Of a stretch of DNA of 64,000 nucleotides, positions 36,560-47,714 are shown one piece after another. This DNA comes from Chiloscyllium plagiosum (taxonomy: Eukaryota), in assembly GCF_004010195.1 (NCBI RefSeq), contig NC_057719.1, positions 5,948,376 through 6,012,375 of the forward strand. Direction: 5' to 3'. Under the pieces are notes generated by a model. The model worked only from the letters and a program-made list of their open reading frames with translations. It was not told the origin of the DNA and did not search any database. Numbering within the stretch: the stretch's first letter is position 1; each line of letters starts with the position of its first letter. Made by a program: the position numbers and the translations under genes.

Positions 36560-38886
36560 GTTAGTGCAGTTAAATGTTTTATTGATTGAACTGTTAATCC
36601 AGGCAAGCAGGGCAATATAGCCAGAGTAACTTAGTCAATTGACTAAGGTATTAGAAAACACATGACATATAAAATCTATAACAATTATAACAACATGGAA
36701 ACAGACCCTTTGTGTCAGTCATGTGAGTCTAACAAGTCATTGATATTTTCAATCATTTTAAAACACATTTTCTTAGTGATATTTAACACGACATGCTCCC
36801 TGTTTTTAACTGAATAACTTCTGATTAATTTTTAGATTTTGTTCTTTTCTTGGTTTAAAGCAAATCTCATACCTTGAGACCTAAAATTAGTAGCACCTTT
36901 TAAAAAGGTTTATGTTAAACCTGTAGGTTTCACATCATATTGAACAGCAAAAGAACCATAAACTCAAAACAAATAGACAAAATGCTAGACATCATGGCAA
37001 CCCACAATTGTAAGAGAAAGGTTAATGGTTCGAATTGAAAAGTCCTTATTAAAACTCAACACTCATCTGTTTGACATGACCCCTTTGTGGCATTGGTCAG
37101 TGAAGAGAGGATCGTATAAAAGATAGCTCCTGGATAACTGGCAACCAGGCAATTCCATCAATAAAGCAGCTGCTCATAACTGGCTGCATGGGTTAAACAC
37201 AAGTAGGGTAATTCTAACCTTTGGATGATAGTCAGCCAGCAGCTTAGTTTGTGTCTCTCCCCATTTTAATTTCCATTGTCTCCAATGATCAGCTGAAATG
37301 TAAAAGACTGCTGACTCACCGTCAGCTATTTTACAATATCATTATCAAATCAAGGAAAAATGGAGTCATATTTCTATTTTGACTTAATAGCTGTTCACCC
37401 CAGGTCCACTTGAAAATATACTGGCTGTGATTCCCTGCTGAAAAGTATTTAGAATACTTTACCTATTGCAATTTATGGTTTTTTGGAAAATCTGATTCTA
37501 AACAGACCATAATATATTTCCTGGCCAAAAGACATACGGTTTTCTTTTGGATAAGCCCTCTACATGTCTTTTGATCTAGTTGATGGGCCAACAACTGCAG
37601 ACATGTCTGCCCTCCAAGAGGGCATCACTGTGGGGAAAATTATATATTATGCTGCTGGAACTACTAATTCACGTCCCTTCCACTCCATTCATTGGCAACT
37701 TGCTGCATCATTCTCCCTGTGAGAGGATGGGAAGACAGTGTATCCTCTGAAATGACAGATATGTTCTGAAGCAAGTACATTGATGCCTCTGTTCATCATG
37801 GAAGTGAGCAATGTATAAAGTACAGCTAATTTACAGACTAATGTCAGCTTTGAGTGACTTATATTTTTGGGTTTGGATGTGAGATTGTTTCAAGGAATTA
37901 ATTTTGCACAGTTTGAGCCAATATAAGTGCAAACTAATGTTGTGTGATACCAGTGAAGTCCTAATTTAAAGGCAATCCAATATAAGTAAGTTTTAAGCTT
38001 TACCAACATTATAAAAGAAAATTCATTGAAAAATTTTGCATTTGAGAAAGGTGTGGAGATTGCAGCAGAACTCAGCACCAACAGTTTTCATCGGGCTAAA
38101 AGACTATTTGGAGTAAAACTGCAAACTGTACAGGATATACACAGGCACCGTAGGCAGCATCACCATGGGACTGTTAACCAAATGAGAAATTAGCCAAAAA
38201 TAAATCGAGTTAGGATTGCTGGGTTCAACTGCAGTTTACTTTCACTGTGATCCTATCAAAGGCTTTAGCTAAAATCAAATCTTTAATAGGTTATAAATCA
38301 TCAGGAATCAACAATTAATCTCATCCTGTTAGAGAAATAAAGGGTAACCTATTTATTTTTAGTTGCATTCACTTGCAAATCCTGCAATTCATTTATTTCC
38401 ATTTGTAATTTAATTGTTAAATCATATATCCGATTAATATAATTTAACTAGTATTCTTCCAGACCACTAATAAAAATAAAACTCTAAAGTATTTTAGTCT
38501 CTTGCTCATTGCAGTTTCAGTTAAAATGCAATACTGAAAATAAAATTCTGATTAAACAACAGCATCCTGCATGCGTATAACATGTTTGTTGAAGCAAAAC
38601 GTTCTGAGGCCCTTCACAGAAACATTATCAAATTTGACAATGAGCCACATTTAAATTTTGAGGCCAGGTTAAAACCCAGTCTAAAGAGGCAGATTTTCGT
38701 GTATGTAACCCCAAATATCAGAAAGGACAGTTTAGATTGACAAGTGAAGAGCTGCTTCAGTGTGTAGTTGTTGAGTGATGATGTGAAGTACTGTAATGTC
38801 TCATTAGTTCTGCATTTGTATAGAGTCCTTGTAAAGCTTTAGCCTGATGTCACACATTAATGGTCTTCTATCTTGCACCCCTGCAG

Positions 38887-39027
38887 GTTCAGTGCATGCC
38901 ACGTCGATCGCAGCCTCAAGAGTGGAGCAAGCACTGTCTGAGGTGGCTTCATCCTTGCAGAGCAGTATGCCAAGGCAGGGACCAATGCACCCTTGGATGA
39001 CTCTGGCCCAGATTTGGTTGCATGCAG
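38887..39027 (+). CDS. TTC7B: TTC7B internal coding exon (141 nt, phase 1/1): [47 protein letters not shown]
   Basis: cccctgcag| acceptor and CAG|gttaac donor. The peptide (inside ORF 38847..39032) is near-identical to remembered TTC7B; phases are compatible with both neighbouring exons. Confidence 0.96.
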
Positions 39028-39724
39028 GTTAACATGCAGTGATTCTGCACCACTCTTTTGATTTCTTTTTTAAATTCAATTGTAAAATGAAAGTGAAGTT
39101 AAATTCAATTGTAAAATAAGCAAAGCAAATTCCCAACACATGCATTGCTTTCAAAATATCTGAGCATTTTCTGCAAAACTTTCCAACATTGTTGGTGCAT
39201 CTTCATGGTAAGTTGGAAAGTATGTGATTTGACGAATACTAGCACTGAGCAATGTGTTGCAAAGTAGCATGAAAAAGCATTATGTAAATGAAAGTTCAAG
39301 TTGCACTAATTAAGGAATCTAAAACATGAAGGCAGTGTCTTAGGATAAGGCACCAATCAATTAAGACTGAGAAGAGGAAAAATTACTTCACTCAGAGTTG
39401 TGCACCTTTGGAATTCTGTCACTCAGGTAGATGCTTCAGGGGTAAATACAGGCAGATTTGTGCACTTTCAGGGGATTTTGAGTGATATGGGAAGCAGGTG
39501 GGCAAGTGAAATTGAGGCCAGGGTCAGCTTTTATCACATTGAGTAGTGGAGCATGTTCATCAGGCTATATAGTCTATTATGCTTCTATTTCTTAAATTCT
39601 TGAGGTAAACTTCTCGAGTTGTTTCGTAAATCCATAAGGAAAAATAGAAATTAAGCCAAATAAAATAGTTGGCAAGCAGATCAAAAGCTTTGGTTAAAGA
39701 GAGAGACTTTAAGGAGAGGCTCAA

Positions 39725-39732
<8 letters not shown>

Positions 39733-39771
<39 letters not shown>

Positions 39772-39790
39772 GATGGAGAGACACAGAAGA
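39733..39790. repeat. (GA)n/(CAGA)n microsatellite within an L2-like remnant
   Basis: Directly visible tandem di- and tetranucleotide repeats. Confidence 0.85.
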
Positions 39791-40429
39791 TTAGTAAAGG
39801 AAATTAATAGTGGGAGAACTAAGAAGCTGAAAGTCCACTAATGATATGTCATGGCTGCAGAAGAGGCTAGTTTGAGAGGAATGGATAATTCTGTGGGTGA
39901 TTTTGGCATTGTAGGGCTGGTGAAAGTTACAGAGATAGGTTGAACATGATAATGGAGTGATGTAAATTTGGATTAGTTTGGGCAAATCTGGTGTAGAACA
40001 ATGTTCTTTAAAATATATTTTGATATAATAAAATGCCCAAGGTGCTTCATAGGAGCACTATAAAGCAAATTAAGACACTTAGCCACATAAGAGATAGAAG
40101 ACTAGATGATTAAATGCTTGGTCAAATACTTGGGCTTTAAAGGAGGAAAGTGAGGTAGAGAAAGGCTATTGTAGAGCTTAGGCCCTAGGCAGATAAAGGT
40201 AGAGCACTTAGAGTTGACAAAACAAAAGAGGCCAGAATTAGAGGAGGATGGTGATCTCAAAGGTTTTTGGGGCTGGCAGAGATAACAGAGATGAGGATGA
40301 AAATTTTCAAATCAAGACTTTGCTTGATAAGGAACATATCACCATGGGAGCTGTTGAGGTCCCAATACCAATCCATGTGACACACCACTTATTGTATCTT
40401 GTCAACCTGAAAAAGGTTCAGTTACACCT

Positions 40430-42260
40430 ACTATCTTCTTCCTGTTAGCCAGTCAATATGCTACCCCCTGCACCATGACCTTTTGCTTTCTATAATGATC
40501 TTTGATATCATATCTTATCAAAAGCCTTCCAAGAAATGTCGGTACAGAATATATATACAGGTTCCCCTTCATCCAAACCATATGTGCCACATTAAAGAGC
40601 TCCAACACATTGGTCAAACATGATTTCCCTTTCTAAAGATCATGTTGATTCTGTCTGATTATTTAATACCCTGCTATAACTTTTATAATAATAACTTCTA
40701 ACACTATGACAAATGTTAAATTAACTGACCTATAGTTTCCTTTTTGTCTGCCTCCCTTTTTAAGTGGAGTTTTCTCTATCTTCCAATCTAACTGGACTAT
40801 CCCTGAATCAGAAGAGTTTTTGAATATTAAAACTAATGCGCCAAATATCACACTAGCCATTTCTTTCAAGACCCCAAGATGAAGTCCAACCAGACCACTT
40901 GCCACTTATTTGCCCCACAGCTCCAACAATTTATTCAATAGCATTCCTCTGGTGATTATAATTTTCCTGAGTTCTTCCCTCCCTTCTATTTCCTGATTAA
41001 TTATCACTTTGGAATGTTACTTGTATACTCAACAGTAAAGAATAATGCACAATGTCTGTTCAGTTCATTTTACTTGTTTTCCATTAATTTTCCAGTCTCA
41101 CTTTCTATAGGACTAATGCTAACATTATTAACTTCATTTTTCTTTAAATGTTTACAGAACTCTTACTATCTATTTTTATATGTCTGGGTAGCTTTGTCAT
41201 ACTCTATTTTTCCATTTTTAATTTTTTGGTCATTCTTTGCTAATTTTATATTCAGTTGAATTTTATGACCTGCCATCTGTCCTTGCATAGTATATGTTTT
41301 TCTTTAAGCTTGATAATATCGTTAATATCTGTACTTAACGAGATCATGGGTATATGCCTTGGAATAGATTTTAAGTTATTGGAATACGTCTGTTCTGTGT
41401 ATTCTGAAATATCCCCTTCACTTTCTACCACTGCATCTCTGTTACCTTTTCCTTTAACCTAATTTTCCAATTCACTATAGATAATTCTGCTTTCATGCAC
41501 TTTTATATTTTATTTTGCACCCAATTCTCTTTCCTTTAAACTCACTGAATGTAATATTCAATCACATTATGGTCGCTGCTACCCAGGAGTTCCTTCAACA
41601 TAAGCTCATTAATTAACTATCTCATTGCATGCATAACCTGCTAACTTAGCTCCAGAATATGCTGTTCTAAAAAACTAAACTGAAAGTATTCTATGAACCC
41701 TTCAACTAGGCAAACTTTGCCCATCTGAAATTTCCAGTCTATGTAAATTAAAATCTCCCATAACTAGTGCTGTGCTTTTCTGATAAGCTCTCTTTCTTCC
41801 TTCCCTTACTGGGTGGTTTCATTAGGAGGTCTGTACATCTCTTCCACAAGTGACTTTTTGTGTTGACCCAAATATCTTCACACCTTAGTTACTTGAACTT
41901 AAAGTCTCCCTTGTCTTGGATTAACAGAGTTGAAAATGTGTTGCTGGAAAAGCGCAGCAGGTCAGGCAGCATCCAAGGAACAGGAGAATCGACGTTTCGG
42001 GCATAAGCCCCCCGAAACGTCGATTCTCCTGTTCCTTGGATGCTGCCTGACCTGCTGCGCTTTTCCAGCAACACATTTTCAGCTCTGATCTCCAGCATCT
42101 GCAGCCCTCACTTTCTCCTTGGATTAACAGAGCCATGCTTCAAATTTGCTACTTCCCTGGCATTCCTAAATGTTCTGTACCATTCAAGATTCAGGTCCTA
42201 ATCCATGTGATTCTCCAGCCATGTGTCTGTAATGGCTATTAGACTATACTTATTTTACGC
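40430..42260 (-). mobile_element. Old CR1 LINE ORF2 remnant
   Basis: Minus ORF 40663..40905 reads GVLKEMASVI..ALVLIFKNSSDSGIVQLDWK...KKGGRQKGNYRSVNLT. Confidence 0.8.
41930..42117. mobile_element. Young palindromic Penelope-like mini-insertion
   Basis: 15-bp TSD CTTGGATTAACAGAG (41915-41929, 42118-42132); 77-bp inverted arms. Confidence 0.92.
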
Positions 42261-43413
42261 ATTGCATATTATCCTCTTAGTGGAGACCTTGTTGCTGTAG
42301 TGATATTGTTGCTACTAATCCAGAGAACCAGGTAATGTTCTGGGGACAAGGTTCAAATCCCACCACAGTATCATTCTATACTAAAGAAATAAATGCGAAA
42401 GAGAAGCAGTTTTTGCAAGAGTAAACTCTGGAGTGTTTGCTGAGGTTCTTTTTTGATTATTACAGGTTTCAATTTGTTGATCTAAAATTGTGACAAATTA
42501 TTTCTTTTTGATCTAGAAATCGATGTTTCTGTCACTGAACACGTAATTGGTAGAAAATAAATAGAAAAAATGTCTGAATATGGTTTATGAAGTTCTCAAG
42601 TAAGATTTTGAATCAGAAACATTGACTCTCCTTCACAGAGTCTGACTGAGTCCATCATTTTCTACCTTCATTTCAAATTTCCAGAGCAAGTGGTCTTTTG
42701 CTCTTGTAGATATTTGCTGTTTGTGAGACCTTGCAGAGTGCAAATTGTTGGTCTGTAAAACAGCTGTGATTGCATACCAAAAATAATTTATTGGCTAGAT
42801 GTAAACCTGTTGGTTAAGATACATGATAAACCACAATTAATTCCTCCAAGTGGTGGAATGCTCTTCTTTTGAGATATCTTCAACTCATTCCTTTAAATCA
42901 ATAGGTTATGCTGTAGAGTCGTATAGCTCAAACTGTCTTGTATGGACGTGCAGAATCTAATATTTCAGCAACAGACTTCATTTAAATCAAGATTTAAAAT
43001 GATAAAAGAGACCGATAAGTTGGATGAAGCACTGTCACTGGGGAAATTCAGAACAAGAGGGTGAAATCTTAAAATTAGCACTAATTCATTTAGGAATTAA
43101 GTTCTTTATGCAAGCAAGATATTATATATATGGAACATTGTTTTCACAAAGACATCAGATGCTGGAAACATTTGAAGATTTTGAGATTGAGATCCATCGA
43201 CTTTTATTTTGCAAACAAGAAGACAAATGTGGACTTCAATTCCACAAAATAGCCTGAAAAGCTATTTAATTCTGTACCTATTGTGGTGCAAACACCATTT
43301 CAAATTTAATGTTAGTCAGCCAAGTCTCTTGTTGGATCTTTTAGATTTAAAAAAAATTATTTGTTGGATGTGGTTGTCACTGCCAAAATAAGCATTTGTT
43401 GCATATATTTCTA

Positions 43414-43819
43414 CCATATATACTCAAGTAATAGTCACATTTTTTGAGTACCTTTCAAGGTTAAATTTATATGGTCAACTATTACATGGATGCTACTTTT
43501 AAGTGGCTAAAATTCATGCCATATCATTAGCAGCAGCTCAATTGATCTCTGAACAAATAATTAAAAAAAGAATTACGGTAGTTCTAAAGACGCGGAGTGG
43601 AGCGCGATGGTCAGTGGACTGGAAGACCTGCAGCAGAGCAGGATGACCAGCAGACTGGAAAGTCCGGAAAGAGGGACAGCCGGCACACTGACTCAGAAGT
43701 GTTATCTGTGAAGAACTAGGGTCAACCTTTACATGAGATATAGGAAAATTCCAGATTTTTGTAGCCAGAAATAGAGGATCAACTTTTAGGGAGATTAACT
43801 ATTACTCAAGTATGTACAG
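43414..43819. mobile_element. Non-autonomous Tc1/mariner (Tc2/pogo-like) DNA transposon, 406 bp
   Basis: TIRs ccatatatactcaagtaatagtca / taactattactcaagtatgtacag (CpG-decayed CCGTATATACTCGAGTAATAGT); TA on both sides. Confidence 0.8.
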
Positions 43820-43954
43820 TAATTTCCCTTGAACTGAGTGGCGAGCTAGGCTTTATTGAGGGCAAAAACAACGACTGCAGATGCTTGAAACCAGATTCTG
43901 GATTAGTGGTACTGGAAGAGCACAGCAGTTCAGGCAGCATCCAAGGAGCTTCGA

Positions 43955-43990
43955 AATCGACGTTTCGGGCAAAAGCCCTTCATCAGGAAT
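43955..43990 (-). ncRNA. Minimal type I hammerhead ribozyme motif (Penelope-associated)
   Basis: The minus strand reads attc-CTGATGA-a-GGGC-tttt-GCCC-GAAAC-GTC-gatt. Confidence 0.7.
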
Positions 43991-44169
43991 AAAGGCAGTG
44001 AGCCTGAAGCGTGGAGAGATAAGCTAGAGGAGGGTGGGGGTGGGGAGAAAGTAGCATAGAGTACAATGGGTGAGTGGGGGAGGGGATGAAGGTGATAGGT
44101 CAGGGAGGATAGGGTGGAGTGGATCGGTGGAAAAGGAGCTGGGCAGGTCGGACAAGTCCGGACAAGTCA

Positions 44170-44443
44170 NNNNNNNNNNNNNNNNNNNNNNNNNNNNNNN
44201 NNNNNNNNNNNNNNNNNNNNNNNNNNNNNNNNNNNNNNNNNNNNNNNNNNNNNNNNNNNNNNNNNNNNNNNNNNNNNNNNNNNNNNNNNNNNNNNNNNNN
44301 NNNNNNNNNNNNNNNNNNNNNNNNNNNNNNNNNNNNNNNNNNNNNNNNNNNNNNNNNNNNNNNNNNNNNNNNNNNNNNNNNNNNNNNNNNNNNNNNNNNN
44401 NNNNNNNNNNNNNNNNNNNNNNNNNNNNNNNNNNNNNNNNNNN
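44170..44443. other. Assembly gap (274 N)
   Basis: Run of n characters. Confidence 1.
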
Positions 44444-44698
44444 CGGAGAGGTCAGGAAGAAGATTGCAGGTTAGGAAGGCGGTGCTGAGTTCGAGGGATT
44501 TGACTGAGACAAGGTGGGGGGAGGGGAAATGAGGAAACTGGAGAAATCTGAGTTCATCCCTTGTGGTTGGAGGGTTCCTAGGCAGAAGATGAGGCGCTCT
44601 TCCTCCAGCCGTCGTGTTGCTATGGTCTGGCAATGGAAGCCCTCCCCCAAGTTCCTCCTCCCTTCCTTTTATCTTAGTCTGCTGGACACACTTTCCTC

Positions 44699-44734
44699 AT
44701 TCCTGAAGAAGGGCTCATGCCCGAAACGTCGATT
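44699..44734 (+). ncRNA. Minimal type I hammerhead ribozyme motif, sense to TTC7B
   Basis: attc-CTGAAGA-a-GGGC-tcat-GCCC-GAAAC-GTC-gatt. Confidence 0.7.
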
Positions 44735-45097
44735 CTCCTCCTTCGATGCTGCCTGACCTGCTGCGCTTTTCCAGCAACACATTTTCAGCTAACATAATAG
44801 TCACCACTGATGAGACTATAACTTTGAATTCAAGTTTTAATAATTGAATTTGAATTCATTATTAATTGAATGGAAATTCTGCCAGATATAATGATGAGAT
44901 TTAACCAGTATCCTTAGATTACTCTGGATTACTTGTCCAGTGACATTAATAGTCTGCCAATATCTCCCACTTGTTTTCCATTTTAAAATGTGATCATTGC
45001 TGTAAAAAGACGCTAATTTCACAAGAGTACAAATTGAAGGGGAAAATCAACATTGATGCTGAATGAGAGTGCTGATTGGTTGACAAATAGATTCTGA

Positions 45098-45272
45098 ATC
45101 GAGAATGTGGTGCTGGAAAAGCACAGCTGGTCAGGCAGCATCCGAGGAGCAGGAAAATGGATGTTTTGAAACGTCGAATCTCCTGCTCCTTGGATGCTGC
45201 CTGACCGGCTGTGCTTTTCCATCACCACACTCTCAACTCTAATCTCCAGCATTTGCAGTCCTCATTTTCTCC
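45098..45272. mobile_element. Palindromic Penelope-like mini-insertion
   Basis: 17-bp TSD TGACAAATAGATTCTGA (45081-45097, 45273-45289); inverted arms of about 68 bp. Confidence 0.9.
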
Positions 45273-46453
45273 TGACAAATAGATTCTGACTGATAAAGGC
45301 ATTGCTAAGGGGGTCTTCACAGGTTAATGCTAATTGACAGTTAACAGCCAGGCTTTGTTTAAATGTTAAACCAGGTAGGTTTAGAATAGTTATGGCAGTG
45401 GGGATCTCATCTCAAATTCACTTCCTTACTCTGGAAAGGTGCAAAGACAAAACTCTCAAACAAAATATTTTTTAAAATGTACTTGTCGAATGGAATACTC
45501 GTATTGCCAAAAGATATCCAGCTCTGAGAAAGTTAAATAATCAGTTTGAACATACGGAGGAAGTAAACACCTTCTGATCAGCTTCTATGTAGATGATTTC
45601 TGTGAAACTCTGGCAGCTCCCAACTCACCGAGATTTTAGTTTCCTGTATGTGTCACTGTAATAAGATGACGTATTCATCATGAAGCATTTAAATATTAAC
45701 CAAAAGCACTTTCTTCCATCCCATTGTGGATGCATATTTCAGTGAGTCATAATTCTATGATTGAAGTACAGAACAAATCTGGAAAGGAGGTATTTATTGG
45801 GAAATAAGCCAACTTGTATGTCTAAATCCCTCGGTGGTCTCACCCCCTGTCTATATATAATCTCCTACAGCCTTTTATGATATCAGCACTCCTTCAATTC
45901 TGACTTTGTGTCTGTCATAATTATAATTCCGTCTAATGCCATCTCCTACCCTGCATGAATTGAACCCACACTTTTGCCATCACAATGCATTCCAACCAGC
46001 CATCCAGCCAGCTGAACTAACCAACAGCTGAAGTTACCACTCTCCTTCTCAACATCTCCCCTTATCTGAGGCATGGTGACCCTCAGGTTAAACCACCACA
46101 AGTTGTCTCTCTCTAAGAGAGCAACATAGACTGGTAGGAGTATGGTGACTTTACCTATTACCTATACTATCCAGTCTTCATGTATTCAAGCTGATTGGAG
46201 CGCCATGGAGAGTGAGTTAGTATTAGCAGTCGCAAGCAGAATGTTTTTAGTTTTGATTTTAGAAGTTTAATATAGTTTATGCAGGATTTGAAATCAGACA
46301 GATAGTGCAACAGCCTTGTACAGTAGTGAAGATTCATTTTGAGAGGTCTAGAATTTAAGAGCAGAGATGTACTGCTGAGGCAGTATAAGGCTCTGGTCAG
46401 ACAGCATTTGAAATGTTGTGAGCATTTTGGGCCCTATACCTAAGGAGGGATAT

Positions 46454-46676
46454 TGGATTAGTGGTGCTGGAAGAGCACAGCAGTTCAGGCAGCATCCAAG
46501 GAGCTTCGAAATCGACGTTTCGGGCAAAAGCCTTTCATCAGGAATAAAGGCAGTGAGCCTGGAGCGTGGAGAGATAAGCTAGAGGAGGGTGGGGAGAAAG
46601 TGCATAGAGTACAATGGGTGAGTGGGGGAGGGGATGAAGGTGATAGGTCAGGGAGGAGAGGGTGGAGTGGATAGGT
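46454..46676 (-). mobile_element. Penelope-like terminal fragment inserted in CR1 (+, ~46320-47130)
   Basis: Near-identical to 43899-44125; GGGATAT direct repeat at 46447-46453 and 46677-46683. Confidence 0.88.
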
Positions 46677-47714
46677 GGGATATGCCAACCTTGGAGGGGG
46701 TCCAGAGGAGGTTCACAGGAATGATCCTGGGAATGAAGGGCTCTGTCATATGAGGTATGGTTGAGGCCTCTGGGTCAGTACTGGATGAAGTTTAGAAGGA
46801 TGGGGAGATCTTACCGAATACTGAGAAGCCTGGGCAGAGTGGACTCTGAGAAGATGTTTCAACTAGTAGGAGAGACTAAGACCCAGGGGCACAGCCTCGG
46901 AGTGAAGGACCAACAGTTGAAAATTGAGGTGAAAAATTTTGTCAGCCACAGGGTGGTTAATCTGTGGAATTCATTGCTGCAGAGGCCAAGTCTTTGAGGG
47001 CAATTAAGACAGAGCTTGATGTGTAAGGGGAAGAAGACAGGAGAATGGTTTGAAAACAAAATTTGCCATTTTTGAATGGTAGAGAAGCCTCGATTGACTG
47101 AATGGCTTAATTCTGCTCCAATTTGGTCTTATAGTACAGCATATAAATTGAAATGATCTGCTGACGGTGTTGCCAAAAGACAACAATCTCGTGTATTTTT
47201 TCAGCACTTTATGTAAACCATTCCAAAGTGCACCTCAGGATTGCAGTTGAACAAAATTTGATACTGAGCCATATAGTGGCATAATAGAACAGAAGCTTAA
47301 TTCAGGATATTAAGGAAGATCTTAAAGAAAGTAAAAGACATAGAGAGACATGCATTTCCAGAACTTAGGATCCAGGCAGCTGAAGTTGCCATAAAGGTCA
47401 AATTAGATTTATTTTAAAATAATGGATTGAGCCTAGCACATAATTCAGGCACAAGAGTAGGAGATATAAGGGCTGTACTAAAATTGGGATGACCACAAGG
47501 GAGCATTGTTATTGGCTTTACTGTGGAAATAATTATCTTTTACTCCAACTCATTCTTTCCCTAGATCTCAAAGGCATAAAACTCTTTGCTTCTCAGTCTT
47601 CTCTTCATGTTACAATCCATTTAAAACCAAGCTGGATATCAGGTAATTGAAAACTCTTACAGTGCAATTTACAAGGATAAAAAAGCCCTTCATGGTGGCA
47701 ACTACATGCAGCTC

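Larger units (their letters stand above)
43861..44790 (-). mobile_element. Young Penelope-like elements (two variants) flanking the assembly gap, with an inverted terminal arm at ~44640-44790
   Basis: Minus GIY-YIG C-terminus RRLEEERLIFCLGTLQPQGMNSDF; CpG-rich and little decayed; hammerhead motifs on both strands. Confidence 0.88.

Noticed and set aside
44070..44633. ORFs spanning the N run
   Set aside because: Artefacts of the assembly gap.
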